Shown in pieces: positions 8,048-17,179 of a stretch of DNA of 21,309 nucleotides. Origin of the DNA: Promethearchaeota archaeon (GTDB lineage: Archaea; Asgardarchaeota; Lokiarchaeia; Sigyniarchaeales; SOKP01); the NCBI GenBank assembly GCA_019894975.1, contig JAGXNO010000050.1, positions 1-21,309 on the forward strand, written 5' to 3'. A model generated the notes under the pieces. That model worked only from the letters and a program-made list of their open reading frames with translations. It was not told the DNA's origin and ran no database searches. A program made the translations under genes and the position numbers. Each line of letters begins with the position of its first letter. Position 1 is the first letter of the stretch.

Positions 8048-8887
8048 TTACTCTACAACAGCGTATGCACTACCTAAAACTGTTGCTCTTTCAGTTTTTA
8101 CTTGGATTATATAGCGTCCGTCATCTTTCCAGCCTTCTGTTGTCAAAGTTTCACCAGGATATACTTCGCTAGTAAATCTTGCTTTAAATTCTTTAAAACG
8201 TGAAACATCTCCATCACAAAGACCATATACTATAGCTCGAGTTGCATGACCATAAGTACATAGTCCATGAAGGATTGGTCTATCAAATCTTCCACTTCTC
8301 TTAGCAAATACAGGATCTAAATGTAAAGGGTTGTAATCGCCACTTAGCCTATAGATAGCAGCTTGATTTATATTGGTTTTATATGATACACTAAAATCTG
8401 GTTCTTTTCCCTCAGGAGGATCTAATGGTTCAGCTTTAGGGCCACGATCTCCACCCCAACCACCTTCATTTATATAGAAATGAACATATTTAGCATCAAA
8501 AATGTGTTCACCATCAGGAGTTCTACCCGACATTCTAGTATGAATAACAGCTGCTTTCCCCTTATCAAACATATTTTCGCATACTCCTTTAACTTTGATT
8601 TCTCCTTCGGACGGAAAGGGCTTAACGAGTTTTATCATTTGTTCCCCATGAATAAATCGAGCGCCATCAACAGGTTTGTCGCTAAGTTTTGGGAATCCTA
8701 CTCCCGCGAGAATACATGCATAACTCGGGAAAACTTGTACTCCTCCAGGATATCGCTCATAAACAAACTTAAGCTCATCTGGTTGAGCACCAATCCCGAG
8801 ATTATAGAGTATTACGTCTTTCCAAGTATATTTAATAGTTCTTTCTTCAGTTTCTTTACCAATTACATCTAAATTTAAACTTGTCAT
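8048..8887 (-). CDS. (R)-specific enoyl-CoA hydratase 2 (MaoC double hot-dog, MFE-2 hydratase-like), copy 1
   Basis: YRLSGDYNPLHLDP, PILHGLCTYG, FIHGEQ, FDKGK, EGGWGG, VYPGETL. SD GGTGAGGAG upstream. Confidence 0.93.
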   Translation of the reverse strand: MTSLNLDVIGKETEERTIKYTWKDVILYNLGIGAQPDELKFVYERYPGGVQVFPSYACILAGVGFPKLSDKPVDGARFIHGEQMIKLVKPFPSEGEIKVKGVCENMFDKGKAAVIHTRMSGRTPDGEHIFDAKYVHFYINEGGWGGDRGPKAEPLDPPEGKEPDFSVSYKTNINQAAIYRLSGDYNPLHLDPVFAKRSGRFDRPILHGLCTYGHATRAIVYGLCDGDVSRFKEFKARFTSEVYPGETLTTEGWKDDGRYIIQVKTERATVLGSAYAVVE

Positions 8888-9042
8888 TTTTACTCCTCAC
8901 CAATTTTTTACATATTTTTAATTAATCTATATTTAGTATAAGTTTTAATTCTAATCCTATATTAATCATTTCCAATGGTCTTTTTTTCCTCAATATCACC
9001 TTTATGAAACCATCTAAACCTAAAAAATCGATCAAAATAAAT

Positions 9043-9060
9043 AAAAAAAAAGAAAAAAAA
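9043..9060 (-). terminator. Oligo-T tract after the SDR gene
   Basis: Minus strand reads T8-C-T9, starting about 10 nt after the stop codon. Confidence 0.5.
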
Positions 9061-9069
9061 TAGGGTAAT

Positions 9070-10011
9070 TTAAGGATTATTTAATTCATCTTGGCTAACA
9101 GCACCTTCCCGTTTAGAAGGTAAGTCTTTCATTAGTTCTGGCATTCTATCAGCTAATTGTTGAGTAGTAAATGGTTTCCAATCGTTTGATATTTTCTTTA
9201 CAGCCCTCCAACCACGATAAACCCACACTTTATCTGCAATAGCTCTAAAAACTTCTCCATTAATCCCTTTAGCCTCATCAGTAGCAAGATATGCTACGAT
9301 AGGAGCAAAATGAGATGGATGAAAGATATCAAAACCGTCTGGTGTTTTTGCTTTCATATAGTCACCCATTCTAGGAGTCAAATCAGTTGTCATACGAGTT
9401 CGTGCACTTGGAACTACACAATTCACAGTAGCGTATTTTGCAAGCTCTCTAGAAACTATTACTGAGAAAGTTGCTATTCCTGATTTAGCGGCACCGTAAT
9501 TTGATTGACCTACATTTCCAAATAATCCAGAATCAGAAGCGGTATTTATAATTCTACCAAAATTTCCTAATGATTCATCAGCTTTACCCCTTTCTCTAAA
9601 GTAAGAAGCAGCATGCCTGGTTAAATTAAATGTTCCCTTCATATGGACAGCAATAACAAGATCAAACTCTTCTTCTGCCATATTAAATATCATTCTGTCG
9701 CGTAAAATTCCCGCATTGTTTACTACGATATCTAATTTGCCAAATTCAGAAATAGCTTGATCTATCATAGCCTTAGTTTTATTGTAATCAACTACAGAGT
9801 CGTAATTCCCTATTGCTTTAACTCCAAGAGCTTTACATTCATCAACGACAGTATCAGCAATTTTAGCATCTTTATCCAGATGGCTAGCTCCACCGCCAAT
9901 ATCATTAATTACTAAATTACATCCTTCTTTTGCCATAAGTAATGCTTCTTCACGGCCTACACCACGACCAGCACCAGTTATTATGGCAACTTTTCCGTCT
10001 AACATTCCCAT
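9070..10011 (-). CDS. SDR-family NAD-dependent oxidoreductase, 3-hydroxyacyl-CoA dehydrogenase of MFE-2/HSD17B4-like type
   Basis: TGAGRGVG Rossmann motif, INDIGG, NNAGILRDR, VHMKGTF, GRIINTAS, GLFGNVGQSNYGAAK (YxxxK). Confidence 0.92.
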   Translation of the reverse strand: MGMLDGKVAIITGAGRGVGREEALLMAKEGCNLVINDIGGGASHLDKDAKIADTVVDECKALGVKAIGNYDSVVDYNKTKAMIDQAISEFGKLDIVVNNAGILRDRMIFNMAEEEFDLVIAVHMKGTFNLTRHAASYFRERGKADESLGNFGRIINTASDSGLFGNVGQSNYGAAKSGIATFSVIVSRELAKYATVNCVVPSARTRMTTDLTPRMGDYMKAKTPDGFDIFHPSHFAPIVAYLATDEAKGINGEVFRAIADKVWVYRGWRAVKKISNDWKPFTTQQLADRMPELMKDLPSKREGAVSQDELNNP

Positions 10012-10194
10012 AGTTTTATCACTTACAGTTTTAAAAAATATTTTACTGTATGAAATTAAACTTTAACTTTAAATTTTTCATTTTGGTTGGATCTAAAATC
10101 AGTTAAAAAACATGTTAAGTAATGAGTTCATGAAAAAAATAATAAAAAGAATTTTTTTTTGGTAATTTAGCGTCGATAAATGAGAGAACTAGGA

Positions 10195-11472
10195 TTACGC
10201 ATCAAGGTTTTCTATGACTGTTGCCACACCTTGACCGCCACCAACGCAAGCGTTAGCAACACCGTATTTAGCCTTTTTGTCTTTTAATATCCTTGCTAAA
10301 GTTCCTGCAAGTCTAATCATAGTAGAACCTAATGGATGGCCAATCGCAGTTGATCCTCCCATTACATTAACCTTTTCCATTGGGATGTTGAACTTATCCA
10401 TACAATTCAGAGCTACTATGCAAAAAGCTTCATTAATTTCCCAGTAATCGATATCATCTGCTGTCAATCCTGCGTATTCTAATGCTTTCTTAGTAGCAGG
10501 GACTGGCCCTCTTCCCATAGTTGATGGATGAACTCCTGCCCACCCAATAGATCTAATTCTCGCCATAGGTTCAAGGCCTCTCTTTTTTGCTTCTTCAGCC
10601 GTCATTGACACTGCTGCTGTAGCACCTGCATTTAAAGGAGAGGAATTTCCTACAGTTATAACACCTTGGTCTGTTCCTTCTCTTTTAACATATCCATCTT
10701 TGCCACCATTCTTCTCTAAGTAGAATGGTTGTGATAACCTCGGTAATTTTGCATGTCCTTCCATAGACGAAGCTCTTACATTCATATCCTTGTCAACAAT
10801 TAGAGGAGTATTCACATCTCCAGCTACATGTCCCTCGATTGGTATGATTTCACCTTTGAACCATCCGTCTTCCTGACTTTTAACAGCTAGATTGTGGCTT
10901 CTAACACCTATCTCGTCTAAATTTTCCTTGGTAAATGTAGGTACTTCTTCTTCATAAAGTTTCTGAGCAGTTTGAAGCATATTGAATGATGTTTGCATTT
11001 CTAGATCAGGCCGATAAAATTCGCTATTCTTATCCAACAATTTTAAATTTGGTTCAGTTCCTCGCCCTCTGACTCTAGTCATATGTTCAAAACCTGTCGC
11101 TAATACAGCTTTAGAAATTCCAGTCATTAATTCCATGATACCAACATGCATTCCTGAACCTGCTGAACCACATTGTCTATCAATGAAAAATGCTGGTACA
11201 TTTACAGGGAAACCAGCTAAAAAGATAGGGAGTCGTCCTCCATATGTCCAATTCTCTAAAACACCTGCAGCAACTCCTACTGATACTTCATCCATGTGTC
11301 CTCTTTCTATGCCTTTATCAGCTAGCCTTCCATCAAAGAATTTATTTAATAATTTTGCTAATAATTCGTCTCCCCTAATTTCTCCAAAAACATCTCTTTC
11401 AGGTTGTTTTCCCCTTGAACGAGAGAAAGCGGTACGCGCATAATCAATTAACCATACTTCTTTTAAATCCAT
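10195..11472 (-). CDS. fadA: Acetyl-CoA C-acyltransferase (3-ketoacyl-CoA thiolase), canonical
   Basis: DRQCGSA, GFEHMTRV, EINEAFC, GGSTAIGHPLG, ACVGGGQG. All catalytic motifs are canonical. Confidence 0.94.
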   Translation of the reverse strand: MDLKEVWLIDYARTAFSRSRGKQPERDVFGEIRGDELLAKLLNKFFDGRLADKGIERGHMDEVSVGVAAGVLENWTYGGRLPIFLAGFPVNVPAFFIDRQCGSAGSGMHVGIMELMTGISKAVLATGFEHMTRVRGRGTEPNLKLLDKNSEFYRPDLEMQTSFNMLQTAQKLYEEEVPTFTKENLDEIGVRSHNLAVKSQEDGWFKGEIIPIEGHVAGDVNTPLIVDKDMNVRASSMEGHAKLPRLSQPFYLEKNGGKDGYVKREGTDQGVITVGNSSPLNAGATAAVSMTAEEAKKRGLEPMARIRSIGWAGVHPSTMGRGPVPATKKALEYAGLTADDIDYWEINEAFCIVALNCMDKFNIPMEKVNVMGGSTAIGHPLGSTMIRLAGTLARILKDKKAKYGVANACVGGGQGVATVIENLDA

Positions 11473-11621
11473 TTTATTTTCACTTTTGTATCTGTTATTT
11501 TTTTGTCAAATGAAATATTCATTTAAAAATTAAAATTAAGGATGATATTTTAACAATTTTAATTTGTAAAACAAAACTTTGTCAAGCGGATAGACGTTAC
11601 AGCGTTTGCTAAAATTGAAGT

Positions 11622-11636
11622 GAAAAAGTATTTATA
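11622..11636 (+). promoter_or_regulatory. Candidate archaeal BRE + TATA box for the CMD-family gene
   Basis: GAAAAAG-TA-TTTATA about 45 nt upstream of ATG 11681, with SD AGGTGA at 11667-11672 in between. Confidence 0.5.
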
Positions 11637-11680
11637 CCACAAAGCTCATTGTATTCTATTATTTATAGGTGAAAAAATAA

Positions 11681-12493
11681 ATGAGTAGAAAAAATAGAGA
11701 GAAGATAACAAAAAGAGCTATCAAAACAGATTTTCATCAGCTTGATAAACCTCGTATACCTCCTCTAGATGAAATTGAGTTTATAAAAGAAGTATTTCTA
11801 TTTCAAAGTGCTATGGATAAACTTGAATATCCTAATCGAGAGATAGTTGAATCTGAATGGGAGCGTGAAATGAATTCTCTTGTACAATGGTTAAAAGGAT
11901 ATAATGAAAATATACTTGATGATTTATCTTCTTTTCTTAAACTTGAAGAGAAAGGCCTGAGTCTCAACTTAATAAATTCTGGGGCGTCAAAGGACCCTAT
12001 TAACTCATTCATTCGAGAAAAAGGGTCAATTTTTAACGTTATGGCTACTATGGGAAGATACAGAAAATTACGATTGAAATGGATATTAATGGCAAGTCAT
12101 GTTACGTATAATACATCCCTTCCCCCAAAAGATAAAGAAATTTTAATTCTACGTATTGCATGGCTCTGTGGATCCGAATATGAATGGGATCATCATGTCA
12201 TTGTTGGAATGCGAGTTGGTCTCTCAATAGAAGAGATAAATAAAATAAAAATTGGTTCAAAAGCCCAAGGATGGAATGATTTTGATAAATTACTATTAAG
12301 CTCTGTGGATGAACTTTATGCTAACACAATTTTATCAGATACAACATGGAACGCACTATCTGAAAGATATGAAGAAAAACAACGAATGGATTTAATTTTT
12401 GTAGTAGGGGCTTATAATATGTTAGCCATGTTTATGAATTCCATCGGATTTAAAACTGAGGGTTGTGTAAAAAAAAGCTTGAAAGAAAGCTAG
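11681..12493 (+). CDS. Carboxymuconolactone decarboxylase (CMD)/AhpD-like family protein
   Basis: 'PRIPPL', 'FNVMATMGR', 'LPPKDKEILILRIAWLCGSEYEWDHHV...GLSIEEI', 'VDEL...LSDTTWNAL...MDLIFVVGAYNM'. Confidence 0.85.
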   Translation: MSRKNREKITKRAIKTDFHQLDKPRIPPLDEIEFIKEVFLFQSAMDKLEYPNREIVESEWEREMNSLVQWLKGYNENILDDLSSFLKLEEKGLSLNLINSGASKDPINSFIREKGSIFNVMATMGRYRKLRLKWILMASHVTYNTSLPPKDKEILILRIAWLCGSEYEWDHHVIVGMRVGLSIEEINKIKIGSKAQGWNDFDKLLLSSVDELYANTILSDTTWNALSERYEEKQRMDLIFVVGAYNMLAMFMNSIGFKTEGCVKKSLKES

Positions 12494-12514
12494 ACTACTA
12501 ATTTAGAGTTACCA

Positions 12515-13750
12515 TTATAACCAGTATACTAGTATAAGCCCAATTAATGGAAAAATTGCAGCAAATGGTAAAACTGCGGTATAAGAAAAGATAATCCATA
12601 AAAATGCAAATACTTGATATGAAATAATTTTTGCAATTTGGAGATCTGTTATCCAGACACCCATGTAAAACGCCCTATCCCTTGGTGCCCGATTAATAAT
12701 ATACTTTACTGCCCCAGTATAAATACAACCCCATCCGAATCCCAAGAAAATCTGCCCTACTATGAAAAAGAGAATATTACCTGTTGTTGCCCCTCCTGCA
12801 TAGCAAAACAAGGTTAAAGCTGATAAAATGAAACCAATAGCCATCATCATTTTTTCTGAAATTTTAGGATTATCAATCATCCTTCCATTAATTATCATAG
12901 CTATTATTTGTGAAATAGGGTTAAGAGCTATAATAAAACCTGCTGCTCCAATAGAAAAACCCGTGTCTGTTATAAGGATACTTAATATTTGGAGAAATGG
13001 TATTAAGCCAAATTGACGGAAAAATACAGTAAGAAAAAGTAATGATTTAACTTTATCTCGTTTTCTTTTTGATTCTGGAATTAGAATAATCTTACTTTCT
13101 TCTCTAACTTCATGATCTTTCTTTATATCTCTTACAGGGATTGCAAATATTAATGAAATAGTCGTTGCAATAATTAGGAAGATGACTAATGCATTGATTC
13201 CAAAAAAACTGATTACAACACTTGAACCGAGGACACCAATAGCCCAACCTGTACTCTTAACAGCATTGAGCAGTGATAATTGAACTCCACTAACTTCTAC
13301 AGTTTCTAAATTTAGACTTACTTCTTTTCTCCTGTTTTCTTTTTCCACAATATCCGCAAATAAAGCATTTGATGCAGGCATCCTCATACCTAAAAGCGAT
13401 CCCCTCACAAAATTTAATATACAGTGGTAGATAATATGATTACTTAGATTTAACAGCAAAAATACGATTATTTGAGCGAAAATAGCAGAAATAAATAAAA
13501 GTTTTCTACGACCCGTCCTATCACTTACTCTTCCTAAAAGCCAGGAAAAAAAAGCCATACCTACACCCATCCAGGTCATAGTAAACAATATGGCTCCATC
13601 AGAGAATCCTTTTGATTCTAAAAACTTGGGTAAGAAAGCAAAATAAGCATACCCTGCAATCCCTGCGAAAAAAACGGCGGTAGTAAGAGAAAATTTATTT
13701 ACAAGTGACTTTTGTTCCTCAGTTTTCAGTTGTAGTCGTAACGTTTTCAT
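12515..13750 (-). CDS. MFS transporter
   Basis: About 12 hydrophobic segments in two halves. MFS motif A 'LLGRVSDRTGRRKL' and repeat 'GRMIDN'. Start could be ATG 13750 or TTG 13762. Confidence 0.9.
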   Translation of the reverse strand: MKTLRLQLKTEEQKSLVNKFSLTTAVFFAGIAGYAYFAFLPKFLESKGFSDGAILFTMTWMGVGMAFFSWLLGRVSDRTGRRKLLFISAIFAQIIVFLLLNLSNHIIYHCILNFVRGSLLGMRMPASNALFADIVEKENRRKEVSLNLETVEVSGVQLSLLNAVKSTGWAIGVLGSSVVISFFGINALVIFLIIATTISLIFAIPVRDIKKDHEVREESKIILIPESKRKRDKVKSLLFLTVFFRQFGLIPFLQILSILITDTGFSIGAAGFIIALNPISQIIAMIINGRMIDNPKISEKMMMAIGFILSALTLFCYAGGATTGNILFFIVGQIFLGFGWGCIYTGAVKYIINRAPRDRAFYMGVWITDLQIAKIISYQVFAFLWIIFSYTAVLPFAAIFPLIGLILVYWL

Positions 13751-13943
13751 GACATGAATCAAATTAAATGCTATAAATTGGATGAATAAATTAAATAAGG
13801 TAAAAAAAGCTTTTCAGACATCTAATAGTGTGAAGATCATATATTAATAACAATCTTAAAAACCTAAAAAAGAACAATTAAATGATATTATTGATTTTTC
13901 TTCTCATTAGTTTAGGATTAACATAAAAAATTAATAAGGGGAT

Positions 13944-15095
13944 ATGATATTGGAGAAAAATTTAAAGATTCATGGTTTTTGTGATGAGCAATTTGAACCA
14001 GTTAAAAAAGTCTTTTTAGAAAATTTTAAGTCTGGTTTGGAAGTAGGTGCTTCTCTTGCTATTACAATAAATGGTAAGTATGTTTTAGATATTTGGGCGG
14101 GCTTTGCTGATGAGGACCAAACAAAGCCATGGGAAGAAGAAACAATAGTTAATGTATATTCTACAACAAAAGTGATGACTACACTTTGTGTTCTCATGCT
14201 TGTAGATAGGAATCTCATTGACTTAGATGCACCCATCGCTAATTATTGGCCTGAATTCAAACAAGCAGGAAAGGAAGAGATTCCTGTTCGTTATCTTCTT
14301 AGCCATACGGCAGGACTCCCTGGTTTTGACCAACGGATTCAACCAGAAACACTTTATGATTGGGATCGGTGTACAAGTCTTTTAGCTGCCCAAAAACCAT
14401 GGTGGGAACCTGGAACTAAAAATGGATATCACTCTATAACATTTGGTTATCTTTTGGGTGAATTGGTTCGACGTGTTTCAGGCAAAAGTCTTGGTACATT
14501 TTTTCGAGAGGAGGTTGCAATACCACTTAAAGCTGATTTCCATATAGGATTGCTTGAAGAACACGATTCCCGGGTTGCGGGATTGATTCCACCTATTCCG
14601 CCAGTACCCCAAAATACCGGTAAAGTTGATCCAAATTCAATACCTGTTCGAGTATTTTCGAATCCCATTCTGACATCAAGAGAAACTTTAACACGTGAAT
14701 GGAGAGCTGCGGAAATTCCCGCTTCAAATGGGCATGGTAATGCTAGATCCATAGCAAGAGTAGGATCAGCATTAGCTTGTGGTGGTGAACTTGATGGTGT
14801 GAAATTACTTTCATTAAATACAATCGAAAAAGCTATTGAAGAACAATCATATAATACTGATTTAGTTCTTAGTAAACCTATTCGCTTTGGCTTAGGTTTT
14901 GGTCTTGTTAGTAAAGAAATGCCAATCAGCCCAAATCCCAGATCTTTTTACTGGCAAGGATGGGGGGGCTCACATCTTACTATGGATCTTGATGCTAAAA
15001 TGAGCTGGGCATATGCTATGAATAGGATGGTGATGTCTCTAACTGGAGACCCTCGTACTATGAAATTGCGAAAAGAAATTAACAAAGTTCTATAA
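13944..15095 (+). CDS. Beta-lactamase-fold serine hydrolase (family VIII esterase / EstA-like)
   Basis: SxxK motif 'YSTTK', 'LDAPIANYWPEF', 'LLSHTAGL', 'PWWEPG...GYHSITFG', 'EIPASNG', 'GWGGS'. No signal peptide. Confidence 0.92.
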   Translation: MILEKNLKIHGFCDEQFEPVKKVFLENFKSGLEVGASLAITINGKYVLDIWAGFADEDQTKPWEEETIVNVYSTTKVMTTLCVLMLVDRNLIDLDAPIANYWPEFKQAGKEEIPVRYLLSHTAGLPGFDQRIQPETLYDWDRCTSLLAAQKPWWEPGTKNGYHSITFGYLLGELVRRVSGKSLGTFFREEVAIPLKADFHIGLLEEHDSRVAGLIPPIPPVPQNTGKVDPNSIPVRVFSNPILTSRETLTREWRAAEIPASNGHGNARSIARVGSALACGGELDGVKLLSLNTIEKAIEEQSYNTDLVLSKPIRFGLGFGLVSKEMPISPNPRSFYWQGWGGSHLTMDLDAKMSWAYAMNRMVMSLTGDPRTMKLRKEINKVL

Positions 15096-15142
15096 GTCAT
15101 AACCTTATTTTTAAAGAATAAAATAAAAAAAAGTAAAAATCC

Positions 15143-15976
15143 CTATTTACCCTCAAACTTTGGGGGTCTTTTTTCATTAAATGCTCTTACTCCTTCAAAT
15201 GCATCTTTTGAAGTAGTGTTCAGAGCGTATCCCCAATGTTCAAATTGTAATCCCACGTTCAAAGGTACTTGAGTTCCATACTGAATACACTTTTTAATGA
15301 CATAGAGAGCGTTTGTTGCAGCATTTCCTAGCCAAGATGCTTTTTCATGGACAAAATCTTCAAACTGGTCATCATCCACCAAAAACGAGATAAAACCCCA
15401 TTCATCCATTTGCTGAGCAGTGAAATGTTCTCCAAAGTATACCATTCGATTGACTCTCATCTTCCCTAAGTGCCTAATCATGCGTTGAGTCCCTCCATTC
15501 CCCGGAAAAATTCCTCTTTTAATTTCAGGAAAGCCAAATTGAGATCTCTTTGATGCTATAACAATATCACAAACTAAAACTAATTCTAAACCTCCTCCTA
15601 AGGCATATCCATCGACAGCAGCGATTAATGGTTTTGGAAACTCCTCAATTAAATCATAATATTTATGTCTTAGAAACATAGCATGACCGCGGTGTCTAAT
15701 GTTGTCCATATCCAATGGAATACCTCGATCACCTCGAGAGGAAAGATCAGCACCCGCAGAAAACGCACGTTTCTTGGTAAAATCTTTTGTTCCCCTTAAG
15801 ACAACACATCTAACACTTGTGTCTACTTCTACAGACTCTAATGCTTTAGCAATCTCATACAATGTTTTATTTTGAAGAGCATTTAATTTGTCTGGTCGTA
15901 TAATTGATAGAACAGCATAGTTACCCTCCTCAACTTTTTCAATTTTTACATGTTCAAATTTTATTGGTTCAGACAT
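15143..15976 (-). CDS. Enoyl-CoA hydratase (crotonase) with both catalytic glutamates
   Basis: AFSAGADL, AAVDGYALGGGLEL (Glu 1), FGFPEIKRGIFPGNGGT (Glu 2), AFNEKRPPKFEGK. SD AAGGTG. Confidence 0.92.
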   Translation of the reverse strand: MSEPIKFEHVKIEKVEEGNYAVLSIIRPDKLNALQNKTLYEIAKALESVEVDTSVRCVVLRGTKDFTKKRAFSAGADLSSRGDRGIPLDMDNIRHRGHAMFLRHKYYDLIEEFPKPLIAAVDGYALGGGLELVLVCDIVIASKRSQFGFPEIKRGIFPGNGGTQRMIRHLGKMRVNRMVYFGEHFTAQQMDEWGFISFLVDDDQFEDFVHEKASWLGNAATNALYVIKKCIQYGTQVPLNVGLQFEHWGYALNTTSKDAFEGVRAFNEKRPPKFEGK

Positions 15977-16163
15977 TATTTACACCTTATTTCTTATATG
16001 TTACATATTCAAATTTTAATTTTTATCTTTGTAATTATATCTTACAATAAATAAAGGAACTATTAAGAAAAAAAATTACTAAAAATAGAATTTTATTAAT
16101 CTGAACAAAGGAATCAATATAAAATCTATCACTTCTGAAAAACTAAAACAACACAATCGAACA

Positions 16164-17063
16164 TTACTCAGTTTCAACCAATGAGTCATTAGGCATTAAA
16201 ATCCATGTTTCTCTAATTTTTTTCCTACTTCTTAATTCATCCAATTTATGTCGTGGAATATGTGCTAAAAATTTTGTTGAACTTAATTGACCAGAGGATA
16301 TTTCTACTTTTTTATGTACATCTAAGCCACATTTTTTAAAAAAAATTTCCGCCGACTTAAAATTCTCAAATTTATTTTCTTCTACTTGGTGTTCTGCTAT
16401 AAATCTTCTTCCCTTCTCGTCATAGAAGCCATTTGTGATTGGTTCTTGGGTTTCTTTCTTTATATAGACATCTGCCGTAATCCAATAACCACCTTTTTCT
16501 CTTAATAAATCATAGATGATTGAACAAACTCTTCGTTTTTGATCTTCATTAAGATAAACCAATAATCCTTCATTTACGATTGCAACCGGACCAGTAGGAA
16601 AGCGATTTATTGTTTCGGCAAAGTCATTTTTATCTAACACATTCAATGCCTGCAGGAATAAATTATCTGTTGGATAATCACAAAAATTTTTAGTCAGTTC
16701 CAGTAAAATTCCCTTTTTACTTTCAATTATTTCCGGCAGATCTGTATCTATATAAAAAACTCTGGGATCCTTGCACATACTTAAACCACGAAAAGAAAAG
16801 CCAGATGATAATTCAATGATGTTTTTTATCCCAATTTCAATTAACGCCTTATCAATAGATGAATACCTTTTTTCAAAATGAAGAAGTCTCATCAAGAAAC
16901 CAATTGATGATAATTTTTCTTGTGGGTATTGTATGTTTTTAACACCCCAAATCAATGCTGCCGCTTCTTTTGCAAAAGGAATAGTTGTTAATGCTTTTGT
17001 TAAAAGTAGCGATTTAGCAGAAGAACTGATTGACTCAAAACGGGGATTTAATGAATCTTTCAT
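16164..17063 (-). CDS. Putative class I SAM-dependent methyltransferase (LCM/TcmP-like)
   Basis: Motif I-like 'IIELSSGFSFRG', motif II-like 'YIDTDLPEII', 'LNVLD', 'IVNEGLLVYL', 'GGYWITAD'. Confidence 0.75.
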   Translation of the reverse strand: MKDSLNPRFESISSSAKSLLLTKALTTIPFAKEAAALIWGVKNIQYPQEKLSSIGFLMRLLHFEKRYSSIDKALIEIGIKNIIELSSGFSFRGLSMCKDPRVFYIDTDLPEIIESKKGILLELTKNFCDYPTDNLFLQALNVLDKNDFAETINRFPTGPVAIVNEGLLVYLNEDQKRRVCSIIYDLLREKGGYWITADVYIKKETQEPITNGFYDEKGRRFIAEHQVEENKFENFKSAEIFFKKCGLDVHKKVEISSGQLSSTKFLAHIPRHKLDELRSRKKIRETWILMPNDSLVETE

Positions 17064-17179
17064 TATGCTTAATAATAATTATTCTTCAAATTATAATAAG
17101 CTTTTATTTTGCTATTGCGATAAGAATTTACTAAAAAAAAACAAAAAAATGAGAATTTAATTCTAAATATTAGAGATAG

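Noticed and set aside
13944-15095. Beta-lactam resistance gene
   Set aside because: Motifs (LLSHTAGL, PWWEPG, YHSITFG, GWGGS), lack of a signal peptide and gene context fit family VIII esterases.
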